From assembly GCF_009914755.1 (NCBI RefSeq), contig NC_060931.1: a DNA stretch of 64,000 nt, one strand, 5' to 3'. A program made the translations under genes and the position numbers. The stretch comes from the human T2T-CHM13v2.0 reference genome, Homo sapiens. Of the stretch, positions 27,561 through 41,300 are shown in pieces; positions within the stretch are counted from its first letter, which is position 1; each line of letters opens with the position of its first letter. A model generated the notes under the pieces. The model had not been told where the DNA came from, searched no databases, and worked only from the letters and a program-made list of their open reading frames with translations.

Positions 27561-28545
27561 CCCACTGGTGACAAAGGTGAAACTGTTGGCCAATCCAATG
27601 GTTTTGTGTCAGTCAGTGCTCTGGGTTACATCAGAGCTGACCAGTCCTTAACGAGGACCAGAAAGTGTTTCAAATGGGGTGGCTGGGCCTCTGATTCTAA
27701 GAAACAATCTTGAGAGGGCTGGCATGAGAACCCTGGGGTGCAGTGGGGCGCAGCAGGCTTTGTTTGAATCCCAAAGGCCCACATCACGTGGACAGGACTG
27801 ACCGGCTCCTGCGTGGCATTCTCCTCTTCAGGTTGAAGGCTGGGGCTCTGATCTTCCCATTTAACATTCTCTGTGGGAGATGCTGAGTCTCCGCTTGATC
27901 AGGAATGGCTTCATGAGAGGGATGGACTTCAGGTGAGGTTTTAGGGCAAGTGCAGATGCAACTTCCACACACTCCATGCTCAAGAACAAAGGTGCCTGAA
28001 CATGTACTAATGAATACACTCAAAGTTACTCATGCTAGACAAACATTTTGGCTCTTGCTAAATGACATAGTGGTTCTGGCCAACCATGATGAAATTTGAA
28101 TGACTTATTAGAACAGTCAAAACTGCCAGATTGGCCACTTTTAATTGGCCATTTTTCACCATTTAAACACAACCCAGGTCTAGTTGAATGGCAAATGCAG
28201 TGAGTCACCTAATCCCAGTCTGTGTGATGGAAAGTGGATGTCAGCCCATGGAGACGGTAGCTCAGTCTTCTGCTTATGATGTTGACTGAGCCCAATCTAC
28301 AGGGCAAGAGCAAGTCATTCCTGCCCCTGCCGCTTCAGAGAAGAGTGCCCCACAAAGCTTCCCTCTGCTTAGCGGAGAGGAGTCAGGAAGGTCCATCACT
28401 CCTTGGTGTCTTGTCCTGTTGTGGACACCTCTTCCCTGCGGGAAACGTCCTGCCTCAAAAGGGTGACACTTCTGTTCAGTACCAAGTGTCACTGACTCCA
28501 GGGTGCAATTGCAGGGTGGGGAATCGGAAGCTGCACCCCCCCAAA

Positions 28546-29240
28546 TGGAACAGCCCAAGGGGTTCACCTTGCCCACTGCCAAATTACCAAGACAGCATAA
28601 TTGCAGTAGAGAAAGAGTAATTTACGCAGAGCTTGTGTGCGGAAGACTGGAGTTTTATTATTCAAATCAGTCTCCCTGAAAACTTGAGGATCAGAGTTTT
28701 TAAGGATAATTTGGTGAGTAGAGGCTCGGGAAGTGGGGAGTGTTGATTGGTCGGGTTGGAGATGGAATCAGAGGGGGTTGAAGTGGGGTTTTCTTGCTGT
28801 CTTCTGTTCCTGGGTGGGATCGCAGAACTGGTTGAGACAAATACCAGTCTGGGAGGTGTCAGCTGGTACATCAGAATTCAGGGTCTGCAATATCTCAAGC
28901 ACTGATCCCAGATTTTACAACAGTGATGTTATTCCCAGGAGCAACGTGGGGAGGTTTAGAATCTTGCAGCCTCCAGCTGCATGACTCCTAAATCATAATT
29001 CTAATCTTGTGGCTAATTTGTTAGTCCCCAGGCAGGAAGGGGGTTTGTTTTGGGAAAGGACTGTTATCATCTCTGTTTCAAAGCTAAACCATAAACTAAG
29101 TTCCTCCTAGAGTTAGTCTGGCCTACGGCCAGGAATGAACAAGGACAGCTTGGAGGTTAGAAACAAGATGGAGTCAGTTAGGTCAAATCTCTTTCGCTGT
29201 AATAATTGTCTCAGTTATAATCTTTGCAAAGGTGGTTTTA
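28546..29240 (-). mobile_element. ERV1 solo LTR (LTR8-like)
   Basis: Reverse complement begins AAACCACCTTTGCAAAGATTATAACTGAG...GACTCCATCTTGTTTCTAACCTCCAAGCTGTCCTTGTTCATTCCTGG, as in the recalled LTR8 consensus; reverse AATAAA near 28655. Confidence 0.82.
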
Positions 29241-29354
29241 AAAATATTGCTCCTAGACCCCAAATGTCTGAAGAATTGGCCTTAGCATGTTACTGTATTA
29301 TCAATATTTTGCCAGTCAGCAGACAACAAAAAGGGGAGTGGAAGTCTGGACCGT

Positions 29355-30078
29355 CCATCTTGGGTGGTGTTAGTGTTGGTGTCGGTAGTGGTGGTGGTGG
29401 AAGTGGAGGTGATGGTAGGAGTGATTGTTACAGTGGTGTTGATGTTGAAGGTGTCAGTGTTGGTGGTGGGATGGTGGTGATCATGGTGGCAGTGATGGGG
29501 TGGCAACAATGGTGGTTGGGGTGACGGTGGTAATCATGGTGACTATGTAGGGTATTGGTGGTGGTAGTAAAAGTGATGCTGGAGGTCGTGGTGGTGGTAT
29601 TGATATTGGCAGTGTTAGTTGTGGTTATTATGGTGCTGCTGAAGGTGGTGATAGAGATGGTAATAGTGGTGATGGTGATTGTGATGGTGGTGGTATTGAC
29701 ATTGGCAGTATTGCTGGTGGTGATGATGGTAGAGATGATGGTGATTTCCATGGTGGGTGTGTTGATGAAGGTGGTGACTGTTGTGGTGGTGGTACTGATA
29801 TTGATATTGTGTTGGTGGTGGTGGTATTGATATTGACAGTAATCCTGATGGTGGTACTGATGGTGATGGGAAAGGTGGTGGTGATTTTGACAGTGGATGT
29901 GTTGTTGAAGAAAGTGGTGATTGATACGGTGATGGTAGTGGTTACTGTGGTGGTGCTGGAGGGTGGTTGTAGAGATGATGTTAAAGATGGTGATGGCAAT
30001 GGTGGTGAAGCTGGTGGTGATACAGATGGTCATGGTGGTAGTGGTGGAGCTGGTGGTGATGGAAGTGGTCGTGGTGGT
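29355..30078. repeat. Old degenerate (GGT)n-rich low-complexity tract
   Basis: Irregular ggt/gat/gtt triplets. Confidence 0.9.
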
Positions 30079-30458
30079 TGATATGGTTTGGATCTGTGTC
30101 CCCACCCAAATCTTATGTGGAATTGAAATCCCCAGTGTTGGAAGTGGGGCCTGGTGGGAGGTAATTGAATCATGGGGGCAGATTTCCCCCTTTGGTGCTG
30201 TTCTCATGATAGAGTTCTCACAAGATCTGGTTGTTTAAAAGTGTGTAGCACCTCCTGCTTCTCTCTCTCTTCCTCCTGCTCTGGCCATGTAAGATGTGCC
30301 TGCTTCCCCTTCACCTTCCACCGTAATTGTAAATTTCCTGAGGCCTCTCCAGCCATGTTTCCTGTACAGCCTACAGAACCATCAGCCAATTAAACCTCTT
30401 TTCTTTATAAATTACTCAGTCTCAGGGGTTTATGGCAGTGCGAGAATGGACTAATACA
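30079..30458 (+). mobile_element. ERVL-MaLR solo LTR (MSTA/THE1-like) inserted into the GGT tract, with a DUX4-type motif at 30162-30172
   Basis: TGATATGGTTTGGATCTGTGTCCCCACCCAAATC...GAATGGACTAATACA; TSD GTGGT; TAATTGAATCA motif; ATTAAA at 30389. Confidence 0.92.
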
Positions 30459-32364
30459 GTGGTGGTGGTGGAGGTGGAAGTGGAGGTGTTAGTGGTGATG
30501 AAGCTAGTGGTGGTAGAGATGGTGATAATGGTGGTCATGGTGGTGGAGGTGGAGCTGGTGATGATGGAGGTGGAGGTGTTAGTGGTGGTGACGCTGGTGG
30601 TGGTAGAGGTGGTTGTGGTGGTGGGGGTGTTAGTGGTGATGAAGCTGGTGGTGGTGGACGTGGTTGTGGTGGTGCAGGTGTTAGTGATGGTAAAGCTGGT
30701 GGTGGTGGAAGTGGTTACGGTGGTGGTTGGGGTGTTAGTGGTGATGAAGCTGGTGGTGGTGGACGTGGTTGTGGTGGTGCAGGTGTTAGTGGTGGTAAAG
30801 CTGGTGGTGGTGGAGGTGGTTACGATGGTGGTGGGGGTGTTAGTGGTGATGAAGCTGGTGGTGGTGGACGTGGTTGTGGTGGTGCAGGTGTTAGTGGTGG
30901 TAAAGCTGGTGGTTGTGGAGGTGGTTATGGTGGTGGTGGAAGTGGAGCTGTTAGTGGTGATGAAGCTGGTGGTGGTGGTGGAGGTGGTTATGATGGTGGT
31001 GGGGGTGTTAGTGGGATGAAGCTGGTGGTGGTGGAGGTGGTTGTGGTGGTGCAGGTGTTAGTGGTGATGAAGCTGGTGGTGGTGGAGGTGGTTGTGGTGG
31101 TGCAGGTGTTAGTGGTGGTAAAGCTGGTGGTGGTGGAGGTGGTTACGATGGTGGTGGGGGTGTTAGTGGTGATGAAGCTGGTGGTGGTGGACGTGGTTGT
31201 GGTGGTGCAGGTGTTAGTGGTGGTAAAGCTGGTGGTGGTGGAGGTGGTTATGGTGGTGGTGGAAGTGGAGCTGTTAGTGGTGATGAAGCTGGTGGTGGTG
31301 GTGGAGGTGGTTATGATGGTGGTGGGGGTGTTAGTGGGATGAAGCTGGTGGTGGTGGAGGTGGTTGTGGTGGTGCAGGTGTTAGTGGTGATGAAGCTGGT
31401 GGTGGTGGAGGTGGTTGTGGTGGTGCAGGTGTTAGTGGTGGTAAAGCTGGTGGTGGTGGAGGTGGTTACGATGGTGGTGGGGGTGTTAGTGGGATGAAGC
31501 TGGTGGTGGTGGAGGTGGTTATGGTGGTGGTGGTGGAGGTGGAGCTGTTAGTGGTGGTAAAGCTGGTGGTGGTGGAGGTGGTTATGGTGGTGGTGGGGGT
31601 GTTAGTGGTGATGAAGCTGGTGGTGGTGGTGGAGGTGGTTATGGAGGTGGAGATGTTAATGGTGATGAAGCTGGTGGTGGTGGTGGAGGTGGTTATGGTG
31701 GTGGTGGTGGAGGTGGAGCTGTTAGTGGTGGTAAAGCTGGTGGTGGTGGAGGTGGTTATGGTGGTGGTGGGGGTGTTAGTGGTGATGAAGCTGGTGGTGG
31801 TGGTGGAGGTGGTTATGGAGGTGGAGATGTTAATGGTGATGAAGCTGGTGGTGGTGGTGGAGGTGGTTATGGTGGTGGTGGTGGAGGTGGAGCTGTTAGT
31901 GGTGGTAAAGCTGGTGGTGGTGGAGGTGGTTATGGTGGTGGTGGGGGTGTTAATGGTGATGAAGCTGGTGGTGGTGGTGGAGGTGGTTATGGAGGTGGAG
32001 ATGTTAGTGGTGGTGACGCTGGTGGTGGTGGAGGTGGTTGTGGTGGTGCAGGTGTTAGTGATGGTAAAGCTGGTGATGGTGGAGGTGGTTATGGTGGTGG
32101 TGGGGGTGTTAGTGGTGATGAAGCTGGTGGAGGTGGTTATGGTGGTGGTTGTGGTGGTGGAGGTGTTAGTGGTGATGAAGCTGGTGGTGGAGTGGTTACG
32201 GTGGTGGTGGGGTGTTAGTGGTGATGAAGTTGGTGGCGGAGGTGGTTATGGTGGTGGTGGTGGAAGTGGAGCTGTTAGTGATGGTAAAGCTGCTGGTGGT
32301 GGAGGTGGTTATGGTGGTGGTGGTGGAGGTGGAGCTGTTAGTGATGGTAAAGCTGGTGGTGGTG
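30459..32364. repeat. Semi-regular GGT-based minisatellite (GTTAGTGGTGATGAAGCTGGTGG-containing units) with internal duplications
   Basis: Variable-length units; the rare variant GTGGGATGAAG recurs with its ATG at 31016, 31339 and 31494. Confidence 0.9.
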
Positions 32365-35300
32365 GAGGTGGTAGTAGAGGTGGTGACGGTGATGGTGGTG
32401 GAGGTGGTAGTAGAGGTGGTGACGGTGGTGACGGTGGTGGTGGTGGTGGAGGTGGTAGTAGAGGTGGTGATGGTGGTTATGGTGGTGGTGGTGGAGGTGG
32501 TAGTAGAGGTGGTGGTGGTGGTGGAGGTGGTAGTAGAGGTGGTGATGGTGGTTATGGTGATGGTGGTGGAGGTGGTAGTAGAGGTGGTGATGGTGGTTAT
32601 GGTGATGGTGGTGGAGGTGGTGGTAGAGGTGGTGATGGTGGTTATGGTGATGGTGGTGGAGGTGGTAGTAGAGGTGGTGATGGTGGTTATGGTGATGGTG
32701 GTGGAGGTGGTGGTAGAGGTGATGGTGGTTATGGTGATGGTGGTGGAGGTGGTAGTAGAGGTGGTGATGGTGGTTATGGTGATGGTGGTGGAGGTGGTGG
32801 TAGAGGTGATGGTGGTTATGGTGATGGTGGTGGAGGTGGTAGTAGAGGTGGTGATGGTGGTTATGGTGATGGTGGTGGAGGTGGTAGTAGAGGTGGTGAT
32901 GGTGGTTATGGTGATGGTGGTGGAGGTGGTAGTAGAGGTGGTGATGGTGGTTATGGTGGTGGTGGTGGAGGTGGTAGTAGAGGTGGTGATGGTGGTTATG
33001 GTGGTGGTGGTGGAGGTGGTAGTAGAGGTGGTGATGGTGGTTATGGTGATGGTGGTGGAGGTGGTAGTAGAGGTGGTGATGGTGGTTATGGTGATGGTGG
33101 TGGAGGTGGTAGTAGAGGTGGTGATGGTGGTTATGGTGATGGTGGTGGAGGTGGTAGTAGAGGTGGTGATGGTGGTTATGGTGATGGTGGTGGAGGTGGT
33201 GGTAGAGGTGGTGGTGGTTACGGTGATGGTGGTGGAGGTGGTGGTAGAGGTGATGGTGGTTATGGTGATGGTGGTGGAGGTGGTGGTAGAGGTGATGGTG
33301 GTTATGGTGATGGTGGTGGAGGTGGTAGTAGAGGTGGTGATGGTGGTTATGGTGGTGGTGGTGGAGGTGGTAGTAGAGGTGGTGATGGTGGTTATGGTGA
33401 TGGTGGTGGAGGTGGTAGTAGAGGTGGTGGTGGTGGTGGAGGTGGTAGTAGAGGTGGTGATGGTGGTTATGGTGATGGTGGTGGAGGTGGTAGTAGAGGT
33501 GGTGATGGTAGTTATGGTGGTGGTGGTGGAGGTGGTAGTAGAGGTGGTGATGGTGGTTATGGTGATGGTGGTGGAGGTGGTAGTAGAGGTGGTGATGGTG
33601 GTTATGGTGGTGGTGGTGGAGGTGGTAGTAGAGGTGGTGATGGTGGTTATGGTGATGGTGGTGGAGGTGGTAGTAGAGGTGGTGATGGTGGTTATGGTGA
33701 TGGTGGTGGAGGTGGTAGTAGAGGTGGTGATGGTAGTTATGGTGATGGTGGTGGAGGTGGTAGTAGAGGTGGTGATGGTGGTTATGGTGGTGGTGGTGGA
33801 GGTGGTAGTAGAGGTGGTGGTGGTGGTTATGGTGATGGTGGTGGAGGTGGTAGTAGAGGTGGTGATGGTGGTTATGGTGGTGGTGGTGGAGGTGGTAGTA
33901 GAGGTGGTGATGGTAGTTATGGTGGTGGTGGTGGAGTTGGTAGTAGAGGTGGTGATGGTGGTTATGGTGATGGTGGTGGAGGTGGTAGTAGAGGTGGTGA
34001 TGGTGGTTATGGTGATGGTGGTGGAGGTGGTAGTAGAGGTGGTGATGGTGGTTATGGTGATGGTGGTGGAGGTGGTAGTAGAGGTGGTGGTGGTGGTTAT
34101 GGTGGTGGTGGTGGAGGTGGTAGTAGAGGTGGTGGTGGTGGTTATGGTGGTGGTGGTGGAGGTGGTAGTAGAGGTGGTGGTGGTGGTTATGGTGATGGTG
34201 GTGGAGGTGGTAGTAGAGGTGGTGATGGTGGTTATGGTGGTGGTGGTGGAGGTGGTAGTAGAGGTGGTGATGGTGGTTATGGTGGTGGTGGTGGAGGTGG
34301 TAGTAGAGGTGGTGATGGTGGTTATGGTGATGGTGGTGGAGGTGGTAGTAGAGGTGGTGATGGTTATGGTGATGGTGGTGGAGGTGGTAGTAGAGGTGGT
34401 GATGGTAGTTATGGTGGTGGTGGAGGTGGTAGTAGAGGTGGTGATGGTGGTTATGGTGGTGGTGGTGGAGGTGGTAGTAGAGGTGGTGGTGGTGGTTATG
34501 GTGATGGTGGTGGAGGTGGTAGTAGAGGTGGTGATGGTGGTTATGGTGATGGTGGTGGAGGTGGTAGTAGAGGTGGTGATGGTGGTTATGGTGGTGGTGG
34601 TGGAGGTGGTAGTAGAGGTGGTGATGGTGGTTATGGTGGTGGTGGAGGTGGTAGTAGAGGTGGTGATGGTGGTTATGGTGATGGTGGTGGAGGTGGTAGA
34701 GGTGATGGTAGTTGTGGTGGTGGTGGAGGTGGTAGTAGAGGTGGTGATGGTGGTTATGGTGATGGTGGTGGAGGTGGTAGAGGTGATGGTAGTTGTGGTG
34801 GTGGTGGAGGTGGTAGTAGAGGTGGTGGTGATGGTTATGGTGATGGTGGTGGAGGTGGTAGTAGAGGTGGTGATGGTGGTTATGGTGATGGTGGTGGAGG
34901 TGGTAGTAGAGGTGGTGGTGGTTATGGTGATGGTGGTGGAGGTGGTAGTAGAGGTGGTGATGGTGGTTATGGTGGTGGTGGTGGAGGTGGTAGTAGAGGT
35001 GGTGATGGTGGTTATGGTGGTGGTGGTGGAGGTGGTAGTAGAGGTGGTGATGGTGGTTATGGTGATGGTGGTGGAGGTGGTAGTAGAGGTGGTGATGGTT
35101 ATGGTGATGGTGGTGGAGGTGGTAGTAGAGGTGGTGATGGTAGTTATGGTGGTGGTGGAGGTGGTAGTAGAGGTGGTGATGGTGGTTATGGTGGTGGTGG
35201 TGGAGGTGGTAGTAGAGGTGGTGGTGGTGGTTATGGTGATGGTGGTGGAGGTGGTAGTAGAGGTGGTGATGGTGGTTATGGTGATGGTGGTGGAGGTGGT

Positions 35301-38300
35301 AGTAGAGGTGGTGATGGTGGTTATGGTGGTGGTGGTGGAGGTGGTAGTAGAGGTGGTGATGGTGGTTATGGTGGTGGTGGAGGTGGTAGTAGAGGTGGTG
35401 ATGGTGGTTATGGTGATGGTGGTGGAGGTGGTAGAGGTGATGGTAGTTGTGGTGGTGGTGGAGGTGGTAGTAGAGGTGGTGGTGATGGTTATGGTGATGG
35501 TGGTGGAGGTGGTAGTAGAGGTGGTGATGGTGGTTATGGTGATGGTGGTGGAGGTGGTAGTAGAGGTGGTGGTGGTTATGGTGATGGTGGTGGAGGTGGT
35601 AGTAGAGGTGGTGATGGTGGTTATGGTGGTGGTGGTGGAGGTGGTAGTAGAGGTGGTGATGGTGGTTATGGTGGTGGTGGTGGAGGTGGTAGTAGAGGTG
35701 GTGATGGTGGTTATGGTGATGGTGGTGGAGGTGGTAGTAGAGGTGGTGATGGTTATGGTGATGGTGGTGGAGGTGGTAGTAGAGGTGGTGATGGTAGTTA
35801 TGGTGGTGGTGGAGGTGGTAGTAGAGGTGGTGATGGTGGTTATGGTGGTGGTGGTGGAGGTGGTAGTAGAGGTGGTGGTGGTGGTTATGGTGATGGTGGT
35901 GGAGGTGGTAGTAGAGGTGGTGATGGTGGTTATGGTGGTGGTGGTGGAGGTGGTAGTAGAGGTGGTGATGGTGGTTATGGTGGTGGTGGAGGTGGTAGTA
36001 GAGGTGGTGATGGTGGTTATGGTGATGGTGGTGGAGGTGGTAGAGGTGATGGTAGTTGTGGTGGTGGTGGAGGTGGTAGTAGAGGTGGTGGTGATGGTTA
36101 TGGTGATGGTGGTGGAGGTGGTAGTAGAGGTGGTGATGGTGGTTATGGTGATGGTGGTGGAGGTGGTAGTAGAGGTGGTGGTGGTTATGGTGATGGTGGT
36201 GGAGGTGGTAGTAGAGGTGGTGATGGTGGTTATGGTGGTGGTGGTGGAGGTGGTAGTAGAGGTGGTGATGGTGGTTATGGTGGTGGTGGTGGAGGTGGTA
36301 GTAGAGGTGGTGATGGTGGTTATGGTGATGGTGGTGGAGGTGGTAGTAGAGGTGGTGATGGTTATGGTGATGGTGGTGGAGGTGGTAGTAGAGGTGGTGA
36401 TGGTAGTTATGGTGGTGGTGGAGGTGGTAGTAGAGGTGGTGATGGTGGTTATGGTGGTGGTGGTGGAGGTGGTAGTAGAGGTGGTGGTGGTGGTTATGGT
36501 GATGGTGGTGGAGGTGGTAGTAGAGGTGGTGATGGTGGTTATGGTGATGGTGGTGGAGGTGGTAGTAGAGGTGGTGATGGTGGTTATGGTGGTGGTGGTG
36601 GAGGTGGTAGTAGAGGTGGTGATGGTGGTTATGGTGGTGGTGGAGGTGGTAGTAGAGGTGGTGATGGTGGTTATGGTGATGGTGGTGGAGGTGGTAGAGG
36701 TGATGGTAGTTGTGGTGGTGGTGGAGGTGGTAGTAGAGGTGGTGATGGTGGTTATGGTGATGGTGGTGGAGGTGGTAGTAGAGGTGGTGATGGTGGTTAT
36801 GGTGGTGGTGGTGGAGGTGGTAGTAGAGGTGGTGATGGTGGTTATGGTGATGGTGGTGGAGGTGGTAGTAGAGGTGGTGATGGTGGTTATGGTGGTGGTG
36901 GTGGAGGTGGTAGTAGAGGTGGTGATGGTGGTTATGGTGGTGGTGGTGGAGGTGGTAGAGGTGATGGTAGTTATGGTGGTGGTGGAGGTGGTAGTAGAGG
37001 TGGTGATGGTAGTTGTGGTGGTGGTGGTGGAGGTGGTAGTAGAGGTGGTGATGGTGGTTATGGTGATGGTGGTGGAGGTGGTAGTAGAGGTGGTGGTGAT
37101 GGTTATGGTGATGGTGGTGGAGGTGGTAGTAGAGGTGGTGATGGTGGTTATGGTGATGGTGGTGGAGGTGGTAGTAGAGGTGGTGGTGATGGTTATGGTG
37201 ATGGTGGTGGAGGTGGTAGTAGAGGTGGTGATGGTGGTTATGGTGATGGTGGTGGAGGTGGTAGTAGAGGTGGTGATGGTGGTTATGGTGGTGGTGGTGG
37301 AGGTGGTAGTAGAGGTGGTGATGGTGGTTATGGTGATGGTGGTGGAGGTGGTAGTAGAGGTGGTGGTGATGGTTATGGTGATGGTGGTGGAGGTGGTAGT
37401 AGAGGTGGTGATGGTGGTTATGGTGATGGTGGTGGAGGTGGTAGTAGAGGTGGTGATGGTGGTTATGGTGGTGGTGGAGGAGGTGGTAGTAGAGGTGGTG
37501 GTGATGGTTATGGTGATGGTGGTGGAGGTGGTAGTAGAGGTGGTGATGGTGGTTATGGTGATGGTGGTGGAGGTGGTAGTAGAGGTGGTGGTGGTGGTTA
37601 TGGTGATGGTGGTGGAGGTGGTAGTAGAGGTGGTGATGGTGGTTATGGTGATGGTGGTGGAGGTGGTAGTAGAGGTGGTGATGGTGGTTATGGTGGTGGT
37701 GGTGGAGGTGGTAGTAGAGGTGGTGATGGTGGTTATGGTGATGGTGGTGGAGGTGGTAGTAGAGGTGGTGGTGGTAGTTATGGTGGTGGTGGTGGAGGTG
37801 GTAGTAGAGGTGGTGATGGTGGTTATGGTGATGGTGGTGGAGGTGGTAGTAGAGGTGGTGGTGATGGTTATGGTGATGGTGGTGGAGGTGGTAGTAGAGG
37901 TGGTGATGGTGGTTATGGTGATGGTGGTGGAGGTGGTAGTAGAGGTGGTGATGGTGGTTATGGTGGTGGTGGTGGAGGTGGTAGTAGAGGTGGTGATGGT
38001 GGTTATGGTGATGGTGGTGGAGGTGGTAGTAGAGGTGGTGATGGTGGTTATGGTGGTGGTGGTGGAGGTGGTAGTAGAGGTGGTGATGGTGGTTATGGTG
38101 GTGGTGGTGGAGGTGGTAGTAGAGGTGGTGATGGTGGTTATGGTGATGGTGGTGGAGGTGGTAGTAGAGGTGGTGGTGATGGTTATGGTGATGGTGGTGG
38201 AGGTGGTAGTAGAGGTGGTGATGGTGGTTATGGTGATGGTGGTGGAGGTGGTAGTAGAGGTGGTGATGGTGGTTATGGTGGTGGTGGAGGAGGTGGTAGT

Positions 38301-41300
38301 AGAGGTGGTGATGGTTATGGTGGTGGTGGTGGAGGTGGTAGTAGAGATGGTGATGGTTATGGTGATGGTGGTGGAGGTGGTAGTAGAGGTGGTGATGGTG
38401 GTTATGGTGGTGGTGGTGGAGGTGGTAGTAGAGGTGGTGATGGTGGTTATGGTGGTGGTGGTGGAGGTGGTAGTAGAGGTGGTGATGGTAGTTGTGGTGG
38501 TGGTGGAGGTGGTAGTAGAGGTGGTGATGGTGGTTATGGTGGTGGAGGTGGAGGTGGTAGTAGAGGTGGTGATGGTGGTTATGGTGATGGTGGTGGAGGT
38601 GGTAGTAGAGGTGGTGATGGTGGTTATGGTGGTGGTGGTGGAGGTGGTAGTAGAGGTGGTGGTGGTTATGGTGATGGTGGTGGAGGTGGTAGTAGAGGTG
38701 GTGGTGGTGGTTATGGTGATGGTGGTGGAGGTGGTGGTAGAGGTGATGGTGGTTATGGTGATGGTGGTGGAGGTGGTAGTAGAGGTGGTGATGGTGGTTA
38801 TGGTGGTGGTGGTGGAGGTGGTAGTAGAGGTGGTGATGGTGGTTATGGTGGTGGTGGTGGAGGTGGTAGTAGAGGTGGTGATGGTAGTTGTGGTGGTGGT
38901 GGAGGTGGTAGTAGAGGTGGTGATGGTGGTTATGGTGATGGTGGTGGAGGTGGTAGTAGAGGTGGTGGTGGTTATGGTGGTGGTGGTGGAGGTGGTAGTA
39001 GAGGTGGTGATGGTGGTTATGGTGGTGGTGGTGGAGGTGGTAGTAGAGGTGGTGATGGTGGTTATGGTGGTGGTGGTGGAGGTGGTAGTAGAGGTGGTGG
39101 TGGTTATGGTGATGGTGGTGGAGGTGGTAGTAGAGGTGGTGGTGGTGGTTATGGTGATGGTGGTGGAGGTGGTGGTAGAGGTGGTGGTGATGGTTATGGT
39201 GATGGTGGTGGAGGTGGTAGTAGAGGTGGTGATGGTGGTTATGGTGATGGTGGTGGAGGTGGTAGTAGAGGTGGTGGTGATGGTTATGGTGATGGTGGTG
39301 GAGGTGGTAGTAGAGGTGGTGATGGTGGTTATGGTGGTGGTGGTGGAGGTGGTAGTAGAGGTGGTGATGGTGGTTATGGTGATGGTGGTGGAGGTGGTAG
39401 TAGAGGTGGTGATGGTGGTTATGGTGATGGTGGTGGAGGTGGTAGTAGAGGTGGTGGTGGTGGTTATGGTGGTGGTGGTGGAGGTGGTAGTAGAGGTGGT
39501 GATGGTGGTTATGGTGGTGGTGGTGGAGGTGGTAGTAGAGGTGATGGTGGTTATGGTGGTGGTGGTGGAGGTGGTAGTAGAGGTGGTGATGGTGGTTATG
39601 GTGGTGGTGGTGGAGGTGGTAGTAGAGGTGGTGATGGTGGTTATGGTGATGGTGGTGGAGGTGGTAGTAGAGGTGGTGGTGGTGGTTATGGTGGTGGTGG
39701 TGGAGGTGGTAGTAGAGGTGGTGATGGTAGTTGTGGTGGTGGTGGAGGTGGTAGTAGAGGTGGTGATGGTTATGGTGGTGGTGGTGGAGGTGGTAGTAGA
39801 GGTGGTGATGGTGGTTATGGTGGTGGTGGTGGAGGTGGTAGTAGAGGTGGTGATGGTGGTTATGGTGATGGTGGTGGAGGTGGTAGTAGAGGTGGTGATG
39901 GTTATGGTGGTGGTGGTGGAGGTGGTAGTAGAGGTGGTGATGGTTATGGTGGTGGTGGTGGAGGTGGTAGTAGAGGTGGTGATGGTTATGGTGATGGTGG
40001 TGGAGGTGGTAGTAGAGGTGGTGATGGTGGTTATGGTGGTGGTGGTGGAGGTGGTAGTAGAGGTGGTGATGCTGGTTATGGTGGTGGTGGTGGAGGTGGT
40101 AGTAGAGGTGGTGATGGTGGTTATGGTGGTGGTGGTGGAGGTGGTAGTAGAGGTGGTGATGGTAGTTGTGGTGGTGGTGGAGGTGGTAGTAGAGGTGGTG
40201 ATGGTTATGGTGGTGGTGGTGGAGGTGGTAGTAGAGGTGGTGATGGTGGTTATGGTGATGGTGGTGGAGGTGGTAGTAGAGGTGGTGATGGTGGTTATGG
40301 TGATGGTGGTGGAGGTGGTAGTAGAGGTGGTGATGGTGGTTATGGTGGTGGTGGTGGAGGTGGTAGTAGAGGTGGTGATGGTGGTTATGGTGGTGGTGGT
40401 GGAGGTGGTAGTAGAGGTGGTGGTGGTGGTTATGGTGGTGGTGGTGGAGGTGGTAGTAGAGGTGGTGATGGTGGTTATGGTGATGGTGGTGGAGGTGGTA
40501 GTAGAGGTGGTGATGGTGGTTATGGTGATGGTGGTGGAGGTGGTAGTAGAGGTGGTGATGGTGGTTATGGTGGTGGTGGTGGAGGTGGTAGTAGAGGTGG
40601 TGATGGTTATGGTGGTGGTGGTGGAGGTGGTAGTAGAGGTGGTGATGGTGGTTATGGTGGTGGTGGTGGAGGTGGTAGTAGAGGTGGTGATGGTGGTTAT
40701 GGTGATGGTGGTGGAGGTGGTAGTAGAGGTGGTGGTGGTGGTTATGGTGATGGTGGTGGAGGTGGTGGTAGAGGTGATGGTGGTTATGGTGATGGTGGTG
40801 GAGGTGGTAGTAGAGGTGGTGATGGTGGTTATGGTGATGGTGGTGGAGGTGGTAGTAGAGGTGGTGATGGTGGTTATGGTGATGGTGGTGGAGGTGGTAG
40901 TAGAGGTGGTGATGGTAGTTATGGTGGTGGTGGTGGAGGTGGTAGTAGAGGTGGTGATGGTGGTTATGGTGATGGTGGTGGAGGTGGTAGTAGAGGTGGT
41001 GATGGTGGTTATGGTGATGGTGGTGGAGGTGGTAGAGGTGATGGTAGTTGTGGTGGTGGTGGAGGTGGTAGTAGAGGTGGTGATGGTGGTTATGGTGGTG
41101 GTGGTGGAGGTGGTAGTAGAGGTGGTGATGGTGGTTATGGTGATGGTGGTGGAGGTGGTAGTAGAGGTGGTGGTGGTGGTTATGGTGATGGTGGTGGAGG
41201 TGGTGGTAGAGGTGATGGTGGTTATGGTGATGGTGGTGGAGGTGGTAGTAGAGGTGGTGATGGTGGTTATGGTGATGGTGGTGGAGGTGGTAGTAGAGGT

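Noticed and set aside
30459-32364. Many Chi-like GCTGGTGG octamers
   Set aside because: Expected from the repeat unit; Chi has no established function in human recombination.
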